Shown here: piece after piece, positions 62,227-64,000 of the stretch
Position numbering within the stretch: position 1 is the stretch's first letter
Layout of the letters: the number at the start of each line of letters is the position of its first letter
Assembly: GCF_009914755.1 (NCBI RefSeq)
Contig: NC_060936.1
Source: the human T2T-CHM13v2.0 reference genome, Homo sapiens
DNA length: 64,000 nucleotides
Strand: one strand, 5' to 3'
Program-made: the position numbers and the translations under genes
Notes under the pieces: generated by a model
The model's input: the letters and a program-made list of their open reading frames with translations, nothing else
What the model was told of the DNA's origin: nothing
The model's database searches: none

Positions 62227-63359
62227 CTAGGTATTCCAGGGAGATGGAATTTCTGATAACATTATAGTCTAAACAGATCAAAAGATGCAGGAATGAATTT
62301 AGTATTCACTGAAGAAGTACATGGGGGTCTTAGAAGTAAAATAAACTTTAATTAAAGCAGTTTATAGTGACGCTAGTTATAGGATGATTAACAGTCTTCA
62401 AAATTTTGCAGACAAACTGCTTTTAGAGAATTTCTTAACTGAAGCATACATAATTATTATCATATGAACATGAGTTCTAACTGAATTCAAGAAGCCCTCA
62501 GTTTTGGAATATATAAGGTAAGATAAGTCATTCATAGTTTCTCAATATTCAAACTATGTACCAATGAAACCAACACGTTTCTACCACTAATAATTTACAT
62601 TACTGCCTTCCTTGGGAAGTTTGAGAGAAGGATTATTACTAACAGCAGGGATTTTTTTTTTATTCTGCAGTTTATGATTTCAAAAAGATCTATATTTTGA
62701 CCACCTAAAGCCAAATCCAAATATTGGCAAGACTGACAACACAACAGAAATGCTGTGAGGATTTAAAAACCAATCAGTCCTTAAACTCATGCACATAATG
62801 TCAAACGAGCAACAAAATAAGAAGTTCAAAGGCAACTAAACACAATGTACAATCCAAGTGGACCCCTGATTTTAAAAAACAAACAGAAATACTCAAAGGA
62901 CAATTGGGAAAATCTGGGTATATTAGTTATTAATAACATAATAGTATTATACCAAAGTTAAATTTCCTAAGTGTGATTATTTTGAGAATGAAGAATAGCC
63001 TTGTACTAGGAGATACATACTGACATATTTAGGCATGAAGTGTTATGATTACTGCAATCAATTTTTCAAGGGTTTGGTTAAAAAAAAAGGTATGTGTGGA
63101 CAGAGAGGGAAATGATAAAAAAAGATAAAAAAAAGGACGGGTGAAGAGAAATCTTTGAAAAGAGACTAGTAGGTCAAACATAAACAAACAAAAACTCTTA
63201 ATCGTTAATTTGGGTTAAAAGAAAGATAGGTTCCAGAGAAGCAGGAAAACGTAAAGTCTTAAAAAGATTAACACACTAACTGGAAAACACTGCTTCGGTG
63301 GAGAGAAGAGATGAGAGGGATGGAGAACAGACAGAGAACAGAAAGAAGAGAAAGAAATG

Positions 63360-63565
63360 AAACTAACATTTTGAAAACACACTCAGTTTACTGGCCAGGC
63401 TATCTCAACCAATCCTTACAATATTAACTGTATTTCTCTTTATTTTGTTATACAAAAGGAAGATAGTAAGTAACTTGCTCAAGGTCATAACAACTAATAA
63501 GGTAGAGTCAGGAGCTCATCTCTGGTTTATCTGACCTCAGAGATCATGCTCCTACTGACATACCA
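63360..63565. mobile_element. MIR
   Basis: aagtaacttgctcaaggtcataacaactaataaggtagagtcagg core. Confidence 0.7.
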
Positions 63566-64000
63566 AAGTTGCCTGCCTAGTGCTTTGTACTATGAGTTTA
63601 AAAAATTTAGATTTTAGTTCTCTCATTGACTTGTGGTAGTAGTATTTGTAATTTACCCGTGTGTGAAATTATCAACATGCACACCTCTACTTAATAGAGA
63701 TAAAGGATATAAAACCTGAGCTTCTCAAAATAAAAGTTCAATAGAAAAAAAAAACTAATACAATCACTGATTTTAATATTACAAAAATTTTTATCTTTCT
63801 GCCATTTATTAACTATCAACTGTATGTAATATTTGTTAACTACCAACTGTAATATCAACAGTAATATCAATTGCAAAAAGGATAAAAAAACATGATTCAG
63901 AAGAAATCTCATTCAACTGAGAAACATAAATACATATTTATATTCTGAAATCTTACATATTTTTGGAACAGACTATAAAAATTCAGAATTACTTTAATGA

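Overview
Human/great-ape genomic DNA (AT-rich, Alu-dense) holding the 3' part of PPP1R12A (MYPT1, myosin phosphatase targeting subunit 1) on the minus strand. I located 16 canonical coding exons between 56671 and 22597. All have GT-AG boundaries, and they sum to 1854 nt = 617 aa plus stop (F414-K1030 of the 1030-aa protein). The window also has the known 31-nt leucine-zipper-switch exon E24 (25989-26019) and a ~2.4 kb 3' UTR with tandem poly(A) signals. The first ~20 kb is downstream sequence made mostly of repeats (Alu, L1PA, old L1, L2, MIR, MER5A, an ERVL-type LTR and a fossil hAT/Charlie transposase). The main result of reading the introns by hand is three hidden, open, frame-compatible exons that the ORF track misses. 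(1) A duplicate terminal/leucine-zipper exon (24186-24320) resembling the alternative C-terminal exon of the paralog MYPT2. (2) A 117-nt exon (57056-57172) that duplicates the W-x-x-G-L-R-K-T-G motif but lacks the S445 phosphosite. (3) An 83-nt exon (36267-36349) in the same phase as the 17-nt microexon, which could replace it or close a stop-free 324-nt circle. Exon numbers follow the literature scheme in which the 31-nt exon is E24. Repeat subfamily calls and edges are by eye and approximate.
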